Program-made: the position numbers and the translations under genes
Source: Campylobacterota bacterium
GTDB lineage: Bacteria > Campylobacterota > Campylobacteria > Campylobacterales > Sulfurimonadaceae
Direction: 5' to 3'
Assembly: GCA_034661055.1 (NCBI GenBank)
Contig: JAYEKO010000016.1
Coordinates: 1 to 56,960 of the forward strand
DNA: 56,960 bases
The notes under the pieces: model-generated
Databases searched by the model: none
Told to the model about the DNA's origin: nothing
What the model saw: only the letters and a program-made list of their open reading frames with translations
In this document: piece after piece, positions 32,226 through 42,092 of the stretch
How the letters are laid out: the number at the start of each line of letters is the position of its first letter
How positions within the stretch are numbered: the first letter of the stretch is position 1

Positions 32226-32794
32226 AACATATTTCAACAATAGGTTCAAGTGTATTATTAGGTTCAGTTGGTGTTACTGTTATGAGTGTACTTACAGGCT
32301 GTGAAGCACCACAGGAAGAGGCTCAAAATAAATTTTTAGTCATTGAGCAGCAGTCAAGCGGTAAGTATGTTGTTATTGAAGAGATGCCTACTGATGGAGC
32401 GAGTCGTGCTATTATACGTGAAAAAGATGAAAACGGAAAAGTCACCGAACGTTTCATGAGTGAAGAGGAGATGAAAGCACTTGCTCAACAAGAGTATGAC
32501 AAGATGCAAGCTGGTAACTCTGAGCTTAATTCAGCACCATCAGGCGGTGAAGGCATGGGTCTAGCAGGTACTATCTTAGCTGTAGCTGCAGGATCACTAC
32601 TTGGAAATATGATCGGTAATGCGCTTATGAACAATAAGAATTTCAAACAGCACTCAAACCGTGTAAATAAATCTGCTTACAGCCGTTCTGCAGCTGGAAA
32701 AAAAGCTGCTGGAAAAAGCAGTGGAAAAAAGAGTTTTTTTGGTGGTTCTAAATCTGGAACATCCAAATCAGGCGGTGGTTTCTTTGGCGGTTAA
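32222..32794 (+). CDS. UPF0323-like lipoprotein
   Basis: Lipobox LTGC, GSLLGNMIGNAL motif, Ser/Gly/Lys-rich tail, directly upstream of a GspS-family gene. Confidence 0.8.
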   Translation: MKHISTIGSSVLLGSVGVTVMSVLTGCEAPQEEAQNKFLVIEQQSSGKYVVIEEMPTDGASRAIIREKDENGKVTERFMSEEEMKALAQQEYDKMQAGNSELNSAPSGGEGMGLAGTILAVAAGSLLGNMIGNALMNNKNFKQHSNRVNKSAYSRSAAGKKAAGKSSGKKSFFGGSKSGTSKSGGGFFGG

Positions 32795-33965
32795 ACTAAA
32801 ACATGTTGAGCCTCTTAATGACGCCTCACTAGATGAGCTTGGATTTACATGGCACACCGACAGTGACGGCAGTAAATATGTAGCAGACGAACTGGTATGT
32901 GTCACGGATGCTGAAGCTGAAGCTTACTACGAAGCGGCAAATACGATTTATGATATGTATGTTGAAGCCGCTGAGTATGTAATTGAAAATGACCTCTTCT
33001 TTGAGCTTGGTATTCCGTTTAATATTATTGAAAGTATTAAAAAAAGCTGGGAAAATGATGTACATTGGCATATTTACGGACGTTTTGACTTCTCTGGTGG
33101 AATTGACTCTCAGCCCATTAAACTCATTGAATTTAATGCTGATACTCCAACCGGACTCTATGAGAGTGCAGTACTGCAGTGGGCACTACTTAAACATAAT
33201 GACATGGATGAAGCACGTCAGTTCAATGACATCTATCAGGGTATCTCATTAAACTTTCAACGTCTCATTACCCTATTTGACGATACAGAACTTTTTGATG
33301 AGCGCTACGACGGCTGGAAAATTCTCTTCTCATCAGTTGAAGGTAATGACGAAGAGGAGATGACAACAAAACTACTTCGTCAAATTGCAACAGATGCCGG
33401 TTTTAATACAGGTTTTGAGTTTTTACAAAACACACATTTTAGTGATGAGGGTATTTTTGATGCAGAAGATATTCCTTATGAATACTGGTTTAAACTTTAC
33501 CCTTGGGAAGATATTGGAACTGATGAACCAGAACTCGCAGTAGTGTTAAACTCCATTATGGACAAACAGCAAGCTATTATTTTAAACCCTGCTTACACCC
33601 TGCTCTTTCAATCTAAAGGAATGATGAAAATCTTATGTGACCTCTTCCCAGATTCACCATATCTGCTTCAAACATCTTTTGAGCCGCTAGAGGGTGTCAA
33701 ACAGGTTGAAAAACGTATGTTTGGTCGTGAAGGTGCTAATACTAAGATTATTGAAATTGGTGGTACTGTTTCACACTATTGTGATGGACCTTATGAAAAC
33801 TATAAACCAATTTATCAAGAGTATGTTGACTTTGCCAAAGATAGCAAGGGAAGCAAATATCAAGCAGGAGTATTCTTTGCTTACGAAGCGTGTGGCTTAG
33901 GGTTTAGACGTGGGGGAGAAGTGCTTGATAATATGAGTAAATTTGTAGGGCACATACTGACTTAG
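32784..33965 (+). CDS. Glutathionylspermidine synthase-family ATP-grasp protein
   Basis: Motifs YGRFDF, KLIEFNADTPT, FKLYPWE and FGREGAN. Probable TTG start at 32784; the ORF is open from 32721. Confidence 0.9.
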   Translation: MAVKLKHVEPLNDASLDELGFTWHTDSDGSKYVADELVCVTDAEAEAYYEAANTIYDMYVEAAEYVIENDLFFELGIPFNIIESIKKSWENDVHWHIYGRFDFSGGIDSQPIKLIEFNADTPTGLYESAVLQWALLKHNDMDEARQFNDIYQGISLNFQRLITLFDDTELFDERYDGWKILFSSVEGNDEEEMTTKLLRQIATDAGFNTGFEFLQNTHFSDEGIFDAEDIPYEYWFKLYPWEDIGTDEPELAVVLNSIMDKQQAIILNPAYTLLFQSKGMMKILCDLFPDSPYLLQTSFEPLEGVKQVEKRMFGREGANTKIIEIGGTVSHYCDGPYENYKPIYQEYVDFAKDSKGSKYQAGVFFAYEACGLGFRRGGEVLDNMSKFVGHILT

Positions 33966-34013
33966 ACATTTTTTATACACTTTTAAGCGCTATAATCTTT
34001 TAAAGGATAATTT

Positions 34014-34805
34014 ATGAAACATTTTTTAGTTTTACTGCTACTTCTCTCATCTATTATGTTTAGTGGATGTGAGCAGATTGACGAGACAACTGACTCGCAG
34101 ACCAATGAATCATTTGTACCAAATGAAGCTAATACCTGTGACCAATCTGATGAAAACACCCTTGGTTGTTTTGGCGATGATATGAGATTTGGAGACAATT
34201 CACTACTCACCGAGGGAACATGGAGCATCTACGCTAAAAGAGATGACAATATCAACTACTACGATACTTATCTCTATAGTTATGAGTTTTCTAATCAAGG
34301 CTATGTCGCTTTCATAGATAAGGTGCAAGAGAGTGTCATGGAGTGGGGTATAAATAGAGACGGTACTAAAATCACCATTAATCCTGATGGAGTCATAACC
34401 TATAAAAGTATCTTTACCTCTGATGAGTGTTATGAGATTTCACACAGTGCCTACAGCGAAACCCTAAAGATGTGTCCTGACGCATTGGTAGATACTACCA
34501 ATGAAAATGAATTTGGCTACTACTCCAAGAGTATTAAGTTTGGTAACTATCAGTATGGTGACTACACTGCAGTCGGTACATGGACTGTCTCAAACTATGG
34601 AACTAGTACTACAGTAGATATTCATACACTCAACAGTGATGGATCAACAGTCGATGGAGGGAACTGGGGTATTAATAAAAATGGAAAAATTCTACTTGTA
34701 AATAGCTCTTCTTATCTTATTAGTAAATATCTCTCAAACGATTGCCTACTATGTTTTGACTTGCAAGGGAGCATGTTAGATCCACTACAGCTGTGTAAGC
34801 AATAA
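34014..34805 (+). CDS. Lipoprotein with an internal tandem domain duplication
   Basis: Lipobox FSGC, own TATAAT promoter and AAGGA RBS, duplicated FG...GTW...WGIN.DG/NG...C...C units. Confidence 0.8.
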   Translation: MKHFLVLLLLLSSIMFSGCEQIDETTDSQTNESFVPNEANTCDQSDENTLGCFGDDMRFGDNSLLTEGTWSIYAKRDDNINYYDTYLYSYEFSNQGYVAFIDKVQESVMEWGINRDGTKITINPDGVITYKSIFTSDECYEISHSAYSETLKMCPDALVDTTNENEFGYYSKSIKFGNYQYGDYTAVGTWTVSNYGTSTTVDIHTLNSDGSTVDGGNWGINKNGKILLVNSSSYLISKYLSNDCLLCFDLQGSMLDPLQLCKQ

Positions 34806-34808
34806 CAA

Positions 34809-35393
34809 TTAAGAGCCATCAGAGTTATATATTTTCCCATTTTTTTCTATATATAACTCTAAAACACTCACTGCACCTTTACGTTGCAATTCATCAATAA
34901 CATCAATTCCACTACACAAAAGTGCTTTTTTCCAATCATCCACTTTAACCCCCTCATCAAAACCGATAGCACGTGCATCACTATCTGTTGCAGCAGAAAC
35001 CACCAATGAGAGTCCAGACCAAGGAATAGCCCCAAGACACATAGCGCAAGGCTCTGTAGAGGTGACTAATTCATATTCATCAGGATTTAGACTTCCCAAG
35101 TCATAGGTACCTAATCTCTTTTGAGCCAAGGTTATAGCCACCATCTCCGCATGTAGTATGGAGAGATTTTGCGATGCAACAAGGTTAACCCCTAATGAGA
35201 TTAATTTACCACTCTCTTTTTCAAAAATAGCTGCAGCAAAAGGACCACCAGTTTTATGAACAACATTGTGTCGTGACGCTTCAATGACAAACCCCATACG
35301 CTGAGTACGATCTTTAATATACTCAATGTCTTTAATATATTCCTCAATCCAATCAGGTAGTGAGAATGTGATAGTATTTGACTGTATTGACAT
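34809..35393 (-). CDS. Zn-dependent nucleoside/nucleobase deaminase (CDA/guanine deaminase fold)
   Basis: Motifs GGPFAA, HAE and EPCAMC. Confidence 0.9.
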   Translation of the reverse strand: MSIQSNTITFSLPDWIEEYIKDIEYIKDRTQRMGFVIEASRHNVVHKTGGPFAAAIFEKESGKLISLGVNLVASQNLSILHAEMVAITLAQKRLGTYDLGSLNPDEYELVTSTEPCAMCLGAIPWSGLSLVVSAATDSDARAIGFDEGVKVDDWKKALLCSGIDVIDELQRKGAVSVLELYIEKNGKIYNSDGS

Positions 35394-35401
35394 CTTAAAA
35401 T

Positions 35402-36088
35402 TTAGAACTGATATTTAATCATAGCTTGAAGAACACTGGTATTTACATGTAAATCACTATGATTATAATAGACCCATTCTGCACCAATAGAGAGTGACTC
35501 TGATGAGTGGTTGTCTCTGTAGAGTTGGTACAAGAACTGATTATGCGTGTTGACATCATTACTCGTCATATCAATAAAGCCACTAAGATATAGTTTGTGA
35601 AATTTTAACGTCTCATATGCCAATGTTATCTGGTAAGTATCATCAACAAGATTAGAGTTACGATGATAAATATTCGCAGAAAAAAAAGCAAATAAAGGCA
35701 TCTCAATATCAGTTCCAATCCCTAGTAGTGTTGCTCTAAAACCCTTACCCATATTAATTTGTGAAGCAATATACAGATCTTTAAAAAAGGAGAATGAAAA
35801 GTCAGATTTTGTTACTTTAGAGAGTGAGAACCTTGGTGCAATTTCACTGTAGATATCATACTCTGCATCATCAAATTTAATCCCTTTCATCATATCAACA
35901 AACATATAGAAATCACCATATTTAAAGGTACGAAAGTGCTCAAACGTAAACGTTGTCTTCTCACCATCAAGCGTATCGTAAATAAAAGCGTTCCCTTTAA
36001 AATCATTAGAGTATAGAAGCTGTACATTAGTAGCTTCAAATGCCAAAAGAGATAGAGACAATGCAACTGTTATTAAAAATATTTTCAT
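35402..36088 (-). CDS. Tsx/OmpK-like nucleoside-specific outer-membrane channel
   Basis: Signal peptide, TFEHF...YGDFYMFVD, YSEIAPRFSL and C-terminal YQF. Confidence 0.75.
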   Translation of the reverse strand: MKIFLITVALSLSLLAFEATNVQLLYSNDFKGNAFIYDTLDGEKTTFTFEHFRTFKYGDFYMFVDMMKGIKFDDAEYDIYSEIAPRFSLSKVTKSDFSFSFFKDLYIASQINMGKGFRATLLGIGTDIEMPLFAFFSANIYHRNSNLVDDTYQITLAYETLKFHKLYLSGFIDMTSNDVNTHNQFLYQLYRDNHSSESLSIGAEWVYYNHSDLHVNTSVLQAMIKYQF

Positions 36089-36106
36089 CAGTTTTTCCTT
36101 ATTAGA

Positions 36107-37111
36107 TTACGCTAAAAGCGTTGCAATCCATTTTGTATTTTGTTGAGCATCAAGTGCAATTTTCACCATAATAGTCAATGGAATAGAGAGTAGCATACCA
36201 ACAGGTCCAAGAAGCCATCCCCAAAAAATTAGAGACAAAAAGACAACCAGAGTAGAGAGTCCTAAACCTTGTCCCATTACCTTAGGCTCTATAATAGAAC
36301 CAACAACAATATTTATGGCAATATAAACTGCACTCACTACAACAGCCATCGCAGGACCAAATTGCACCAAAGCTAAAATTACAGCGGGAACCGCCGCTAT
36401 AATGGAGCCGATATTAGGAATGAAATTAAATAAAAATGCCACCAGTCCCCAAAGAACATAATAATCAACCCCAATAATCATCAGTAGTAAAGAGACAATA
36501 ATACCTGTAGCCATTGAAATTACAGTTTTTAAAAGCATATAGTGCTTTATCTTAGTGCTGATTTCACTGAACTGCTCACTGCTCTCACTATCTAAAGAGA
36601 TGAACTTTTTTTGAAAATGTGAAATCTCAAGCAGCATAAATATTACCATTAACATAATCATGAGACTTTTTGTTACAATTGAGCCAAAGTTTTTCAGTGT
36701 TCCTGCAATATATTTTACTGTTGTTTTAGGATCAAACATCTGAAGAAGCTCATCATTAGGAAGCTCTAATCCAAACGCTTCTAAAAAGACAATAATACTA
36801 TTGAAGTTCTCGATTAGTTTCGCTTCATACAGAGGCAAGTTACTACTAAAATCTTGTACAGAATTACCTACAAGAACCGTTATCGCACTCATAAGCACTA
36901 CTAAAACAGACATAACCATAACAATAGCCAACACATCTGGAAGTCCTAATGACTTTAACCATTCAAACAGCGGTGCCAAGATAATTGCCAAAAAAACAGA
37001 GAGTAGAAATGGCACCACAATCACTGCTGCAAGTTTTATCCCAGCAAGCACAATCACCACAGAAGCCATGACCATAAAAATGTAACCTACACGCCTCTTA
37101 CTCTGTACCAT
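36107..37111 (-). CDS. AI-2E family transporter
   Basis: Motifs NFIPNIG, IEPKVMG and WGWLLGPVGMLLSIP. Confidence 0.92.
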   Translation of the reverse strand: MVQSKRRVGYIFMVMASVVIVLAGIKLAAVIVVPFLLSVFLAIILAPLFEWLKSLGLPDVLAIVMVMSVLVVLMSAITVLVGNSVQDFSSNLPLYEAKLIENFNSIIVFLEAFGLELPNDELLQMFDPKTTVKYIAGTLKNFGSIVTKSLMIMLMVIFMLLEISHFQKKFISLDSESSEQFSEISTKIKHYMLLKTVISMATGIIVSLLLMIIGVDYYVLWGLVAFLFNFIPNIGSIIAAVPAVILALVQFGPAMAVVVSAVYIAINIVVGSIIEPKVMGQGLGLSTLVVFLSLIFWGWLLGPVGMLLSIPLTIMVKIALDAQQNTKWIATLLA

Positions 37112-37114
37112 AGC

Positions 37115-37918
37115 TTACTCCTGTACCTGCTTTTGGTTCGTAATACTTTGAAGATAATTAGATATATTCATCAGAGAAAAAGTGACTAAAAATATCATTA
37201 ATCCTGGAAAAAAACTTACCCACCACGCAATATCAATAACCTCTTTTCCATTACTCAAAATAGTGCCCCAACTCATCTGAGGTGCTACAATTCCAAGTCC
37301 TAGAAAGCTCAATCCTGATTCAGCCAAAATGGCACCACCCACACCAAATGTAAAACTGACAAAAAATATTGGAGCCAATAGTGGTGCATAATATTTAAAT
37401 AGTATTTTTAATGTAGGCACATGAGCAATGTTAAGTATTTTAATAAAAGGTTTTTGTGTAATTGCAAAACTTTCAGATCGAATAAGACGTGCAGTGGTCA
37501 TCCATCCAGTAATAGAGATAATGACAATTAACACCCAGACCGAAGCATTAACATAACTCACCAATGCCAGAAGTAAAAAGAACGTTGGAAATGTCAAGAA
37601 CAGATCAATAATAACAACAAAAGCTTTATCTACTTTTCCTCTAAAATATCCTGCAGTTGCTCCAATAATAAGACCCAAAAAAGAGGCGATTAAAGCACTT
37701 CCTACACCGATCATTAAAGATACTCTCCCACCTTCAATAATACGTGCTGCGATATCACGTCCCAGCCTATCAGTTCCAAAAATATTATCTAATGAGGGAG
37801 GAAGTAGAATCAACTCTTTATGAAGATCAAAAGGACTCACTGAATAGAAAAATCCTCCAAAAAAGGAGAGGAAAAAGATCGATGCAAGTATGGTACTACT
37901 TACAGTAGGAAACTTCAT
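37115..37918 (-). CDS. DppC/OppC-type ABC permease
   Basis: Motifs FGTDRLGRD, ESGLSFLGLG and SWG..L. Confidence 0.9.
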   Translation of the reverse strand: MKFPTVSSTILASIFFLSFFGGFFYSVSPFDLHKELILLPPSLDNIFGTDRLGRDIAARIIEGGRVSLMIGVGSALIASFLGLIIGATAGYFRGKVDKAFVVIIDLFLTFPTFFLLLALVSYVNASVWVLIVIISITGWMTTARLIRSESFAITQKPFIKILNIAHVPTLKILFKYYAPLLAPIFFVSFTFGVGGAILAESGLSFLGLGIVAPQMSWGTILSNGKEVIDIAWWVSFFPGLMIFLVTFSLMNISNYLQSITNQKQVQE

Positions 37919-39765
37919 TACCGTTTAATTCCTAAAAGAGTATTTAGCATCTCATCAACTGTTGTGATTACCTTAGAGGCTGCTCCGTAAGCGGTCTGGT
38001 ATTTAATTAAATTTGTTAACTCTTCATCAATACTTACCTCTGAGATAGATTGATACTCTAATTCAATAGCACTAAACTGTGCCGTATATGTATCATCAAG
38101 GCTAATCATTGCATTAGTAGTACTACCAACCTCAGTTACTAGAGTGTCATAATAGCCGTAAACTGTATCATTAACACTCCCACTTCCTAAAGCATAATCA
38201 AATCGTTCAAACTGTAATTGGACCATATTTAGAGCAACAGTATTGTTACCAGGAATATTTTCTTGAAAAGGTCGAATTTCACTAGGATTATCTTTTATTG
38301 CCAAATTCAAATCGATACTCTTAGCATCATTACCATCAAAGTATCTACTAATTCCAGTTGCACCTGCAAAGTTAGATCCACTTGCTGCACCATCACTAGT
38401 ATTATCTACTAATGAAAACCTGTACCCTTGTGCCTCAAATTTAGTATCATTAAAACTAATACTGGCAATACCGTGTATATTATCATATGAAAATGCCAAA
38501 TAATCATCAATGTCATTAAGTGCATTATTATCATTATTATCATCGGTGTTGAGTGCAACCTGTGTCTCAATATCATTCATAGTTGTCGTCGTATCAATAA
38601 CAATTTCACGACTAGCAACCTCATTACCATCAATGTCATACATAACTAGATTAAAACTACCCGTACTAAAACCTAGTTCTGAATAGTTAGCAAGAGCATT
38701 ATTCTCATCTACAGTAAGTTCATTTGAGCGCATACTAGTTGTTGAACTTGCAGCATAAGTATTATTAGTACTTTGAATAAGACCTTTAGCAAACTCATCT
38801 AAGTTACGGATAGTATCTTGAAGAACACCATTAGTAGGTGTTCCATTTTCATCAAACTCACTTCCTCTGAGCTCCATTAACGCACCGATTTTACCATCTT
38901 TTATATCTGTAATTGGGAAAGTTACTTTATCTTGACGCTCAAAATAGAGTTCATAACTACCTGATGCGTTATCGTTGTCAATACCAATTGGATGGTAAGT
39001 TGCTCCATCTACAATATTAAAACCACCCACCATAATGACATAATTTCCATCAGGCTCAGCAATATTCGTATTTACTGTCAAATTTGTAGATATAGGGTGG
39101 TCAAAAACATCAGCACCAATGAGTTTTGCAAGTGACTGCTCTAGAAGATTTCTCTTATCTCGTAAGTCGTTAGCATTAGCAATTCCATCAGATTCTGCTA
39201 AACCTATTGATTTATTTAAATCTGCAATATCTCTAGCAATACTATTGACCTCATCTACATAACTCTTTACCTGATCATTTAGTCCAGACTGTAAATTTGA
39301 AACCTGCTCGCTAGTATAAGAAATATTTTGAGCTAATACTTTTGTATCTTCAGCTAAGGCCATCTTAATAGCACTATTATCTGGTGTGTCTGCTAATGAT
39401 TGCCACATGTTAAAATAGTTTTGCAAATCACTTTTAACACCTACGCCATCAATATCTGGAAAGTAAGTTGAAAGCTCTTCCATAGTGCTACGCATATAAC
39501 TGGAGTACTCTTTATTTTCTGAAGCATCTACATAACGATCATGTGTAAATGAGTCAAAAATACGTACTATTTCTGTAATATTAACTCCATTACCATAAGA
39601 TCCTGGGCTACCATCTATGGGTGATGAAGTAGATGTTACAATTCTCTGTCTGCTATAACCTTCAGTCTCAGCGTTAGCAATATTATGACTAGTAACACTA
39701 ACACCAGCTTGTGCCGCATTAAGACCACTGTAACCAATTCCTAATGTATTAAAAAGAGATGGCAT
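37918..39765 (-). CDS. flgK: Flagellar hook-associated protein 1
   Basis: Motifs HNIANAETEGYSRQ and DEELTNLIKYQTAYGAASK. Confidence 0.95.
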   Translation of the reverse strand: MPSLFNTLGIGYSGLNAAQAGVSVTSHNIANAETEGYSRQRIVTSTSSPIDGSPGSYGNGVNITEIVRIFDSFTHDRYVDASENKEYSSYMRSTMEELSTYFPDIDGVGVKSDLQNYFNMWQSLADTPDNSAIKMALAEDTKVLAQNISYTSEQVSNLQSGLNDQVKSYVDEVNSIARDIADLNKSIGLAESDGIANANDLRDKRNLLEQSLAKLIGADVFDHPISTNLTVNTNIAEPDGNYVIMVGGFNIVDGATYHPIGIDNDNASGSYELYFERQDKVTFPITDIKDGKIGALMELRGSEFDENGTPTNGVLQDTIRNLDEFAKGLIQSTNNTYAASSTTSMRSNELTVDENNALANYSELGFSTGSFNLVMYDIDGNEVASREIVIDTTTTMNDIETQVALNTDDNNDNNALNDIDDYLAFSYDNIHGIASISFNDTKFEAQGYRFSLVDNTSDGAASGSNFAGATGISRYFDGNDAKSIDLNLAIKDNPSEIRPFQENIPGNNTVALNMVQLQFERFDYALGSGSVNDTVYGYYDTLVTEVGSTTNAMISLDDTYTAQFSAIELEYQSISEVSIDEELTNLIKYQTAYGAASKVITTVDEMLNTLLGIKR

Positions 39766-39766
39766 A

Positions 39767-40198
39767 TCACACTCTCACTTTCAGAAAAGAGGCATCTTTA
39801 GAAGTAACTCGCTCATAACCTTCCATCTCTGTAGGAATTACACGCTCTAGTAGCGAATTGTAAAAACTACCTACACTCAAAACCATCTTTGCATATTTTT
39901 TATTGACTTCACTTAAATCTGCTAATTTTACTTTTAACTCTTGTAGTGCAGTATGTTGTTCATCATCTAAAAGTTCTGACATATCTAGTTGAGGATTAGA
40001 GCGCATCAACTTAGATATCTCATGATCAATCATCGCCTTACGGTTCTCAAAACTTTTAATTTTTTCTTCTTTGAGGCTGATTCGTTTGAATTGACTATCG
40101 TGTTGCGCTAGTTTAATATCTTCTATATCTTGTTGTGAAATATCTATAAGATCATTAAGATCTTTAAGTGCGCTTTGTAGATGAAAAATAAGCATCAT
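39767..40198 (-). CDS. flgN: Flagellar export chaperone FlgN
   Basis: Helical protein between flgM and flgK. Probable start at ATG 40198 after AGGGGG. Confidence 0.75.
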   Translation of the reverse strand: MMLIFHLQSALKDLNDLIDISQQDIEDIKLAQHDSQFKRISLKEEKIKSFENRKAMIDHEISKLMRSNPQLDMSELLDDEQHTALQELKVKLADLSEVNKKYAKMVLSVGSFYNSLLERVIPTEMEGYERVTSKDASFLKVRV

Positions 40199-40247
40199 AA
40201 ACCCCCTGCCATACATTTCTGACTTCTGTCAGATTAAAATAATTTTT

Positions 40248-40451
40248 TTAAAGTAACTCATCAGCTATTTTCTTTGCTAGCGCTTCTAAGTTAATTTTAT
40301 ATTCACCATTTTCAATGGATGCTTTTAAAGACTCAATCTTACTTGCATCACCTTGTTCAGAAACGTTCTTAGAACCATTTTCTGTTCGGCTTCTGACGTC
40401 ACTATTTTGAAACGCGCTACGAACTGCACCGCTATTAATATTAGAAACCAT
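40248..40451 (-). CDS. flgM: Anti-sigma-28 factor FlgM
   Basis: C-terminal motif KIESLKASIENGEYKINLEALAKKI. Confidence 0.9.
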   Translation of the reverse strand: MVSNINSGAVRSAFQNSDVRSRTENGSKNVSEQGDASKIESLKASIENGEYKINLEALAKKIADELL

Positions 40452-40499
40452 TGTACTTCCTTTTACTCTATATCTTATGTTTATGATGTTCTACCATAT

Positions 40500-40526
40500 A
40501 CATCGGCAATAAGAGAAAAAACTTTA
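40500..40526 (-). promoter_or_regulatory. Sigma-28 (FliA) promoter of flgM
   Basis: Minus strand TAAA-N15-GCCGATGT, matching the consensus TAAA-N15-GCCGATAA. Confidence 0.85.
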
Positions 40527-40811
40527 CCTATTTGAGCTTAAATGCTCAAACAACATCTGTGAAAAACCAAAACTTCCAGAACTAGCTTTTGAAAGCTCAT
40601 CTCTGTACATAGACTTATATATTTTATCACCTGGATCATTCTGTGATGAGAATACATTTTTCTCATCTTTCATCGCATTATCCAGTAACATCTTAATAAT
40701 TATTGATTCAAACTGATCCGTCTTTTCACGCAGCGCTGCGGCATCTATATTCTCACTAACAGTAGGAATAGCTGCTTGAGGAAGATGTGTATTTACATTC
40801 ATATTATTCAT
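40524..40811 (-). CDS. flgJ: Rod-binding FlgJ-like protein (no muramidase domain)
   Basis: Motifs QFES..IK.LL and IYKSMY; follows flgI. Confidence 0.82.
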   Translation of the reverse strand: MNNMNVNTHLPQAAIPTVSENIDAAALREKTDQFESIIIKMLLDNAMKDEKNVFSSQNDPGDKIYKSMYRDELSKASSGSFGFSQMLFEHLSSNR

Positions 40812-41860
40812 TAAATTATCTCCAGATCAGCAGCAATAGCTCCAGCACTTTTCATCGCTTCTAATATGGAGATAATATCCTTAGGAGTTGCACCAAGTTT
40901 TTGAAGAGATCGTGTCACATTTGCCACTGTAGTTGTACCCTCTTTGGTATAGAGTTCATTTTCATTAAGACCAATAACAAGATCATCATCGATGCTGACA
41001 CTCCCTTTTGGTGTGGTCATTTCAGACTGCTCTTTAATTTTAATAGTAATATCACCATGGGTGATAATAATGGGTTTTATTCCAATATCTACACCTGAAA
41101 CGACTGTGCCAGTGCGTTCATTAATAATTATCTTCTGTTTTTGCTCATAGTCAATTGGCATCTCTTGGACTTGTGCTAAAAACTCAATCATAGATAATGC
41201 TTCAGGTTTATGAAGTTTTATAGTACGAGGGTCAAGTGCCACGGCTACATCTGCTTTGTAAAATAGATTGACTGCTTTTTGAATGGCAACTGCATTTAAA
41301 AAACTTGACTCCTTAAGCGAAAGTGTAACATCAGTACTGGAGTAGAGATTTTGAGTAATTTCACGCTCTACTAAAGCGCCATTATAGACCATACCTGCTG
41401 TTGGATGTGACTCAGACCCTGCTCCACGAACATTCTTACCACCAATACTAACTGAACCCTGTCCTAAGGCGTAAATTTTTCCATCTACCCCTTTAAGTGG
41501 TGTCATAAGCAGTGTTCCACCCTCTAGTGACTTTGCATCACCAATAGAAGAGACCACAACATTAATCTTGTCACCTTGACGAGAGAATGGCTTTAGTTTT
41601 GCAGTAACAACAACTGCAGCAACATTTTTAGATTTAATATCTACTGGATTCATATCAATATTCATGGCTTTGAGCATGTTAGAGATTGACTGAAGTGTAA
41701 ATTTTGAGGTAGTACCATCACCAGTTTTTTTAAGACCAACAACTAAAGAGTAGCCTATGAGCTGATTGTCACGAACACCGACAACATTAGAAATTTCACT
41801 GATTTTTGCCGCTTCAAGACTAAGAGAAAGCATCATAATAAGAAATAGTTTGAACTTCAT
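40811..41860 (-). CDS. flgI: Flagellar P-ring protein
   Basis: Motifs GVRDNQLIGYSLVVGL, SIGDAKSLEGGTLLMTPL and INERTGTVV. Confidence 0.97.
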   Translation of the reverse strand: MKFKLFLIMMLSLSLEAAKISEISNVVGVRDNQLIGYSLVVGLKKTGDGTTSKFTLQSISNMLKAMNIDMNPVDIKSKNVAAVVVTAKLKPFSRQGDKINVVVSSIGDAKSLEGGTLLMTPLKGVDGKIYALGQGSVSIGGKNVRGAGSESHPTAGMVYNGALVEREITQNLYSSTDVTLSLKESSFLNAVAIQKAVNLFYKADVAVALDPRTIKLHKPEALSMIEFLAQVQEMPIDYEQKQKIIINERTGTVVSGVDIGIKPIIITHGDITIKIKEQSEMTTPKGSVSIDDDLVIGLNENELYTKEGTTTVANVTRSLQKLGATPKDIISILEAMKSAGAIAADLEII

Positions 41861-41881
41861 AAATCACCTTTACCTAGTTTA

Positions 41882-41898
41882 AAGCAAATGGTGTTCCA
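41882..41898 (-). promoter_or_regulatory. Sigma-54 promoter of flgI
   Basis: Minus strand TGGAAC-ACCAT-TTGCTT gives the -24 GG / -12 GC pattern, Campylobacterota-type GGAAC variant. Confidence 0.85.
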
Positions 41899-42092
41899 TT
41901 ATTAACGAAAATATCAAGGTGTTATGTGTGTCGAAACATATGCATTACATTGGAGCTTAGTGGAACAACCACCACATCAGTATAGATATTATCATGAAGC
42001 ATTCTATTTATAGGGCACCTCTAATAACTTATAAATAAACTTAAAGCTACAATAGCTGCTAACAAATAACTCTAAATTAAAGTATTCGCCTT

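Noticed and set aside
32721..32783. N-terminal extension of the GspS-like ORF
   Set aside because: It overlaps the lipoprotein gene by more than 70 nt. TTG 32784 is more plausible.
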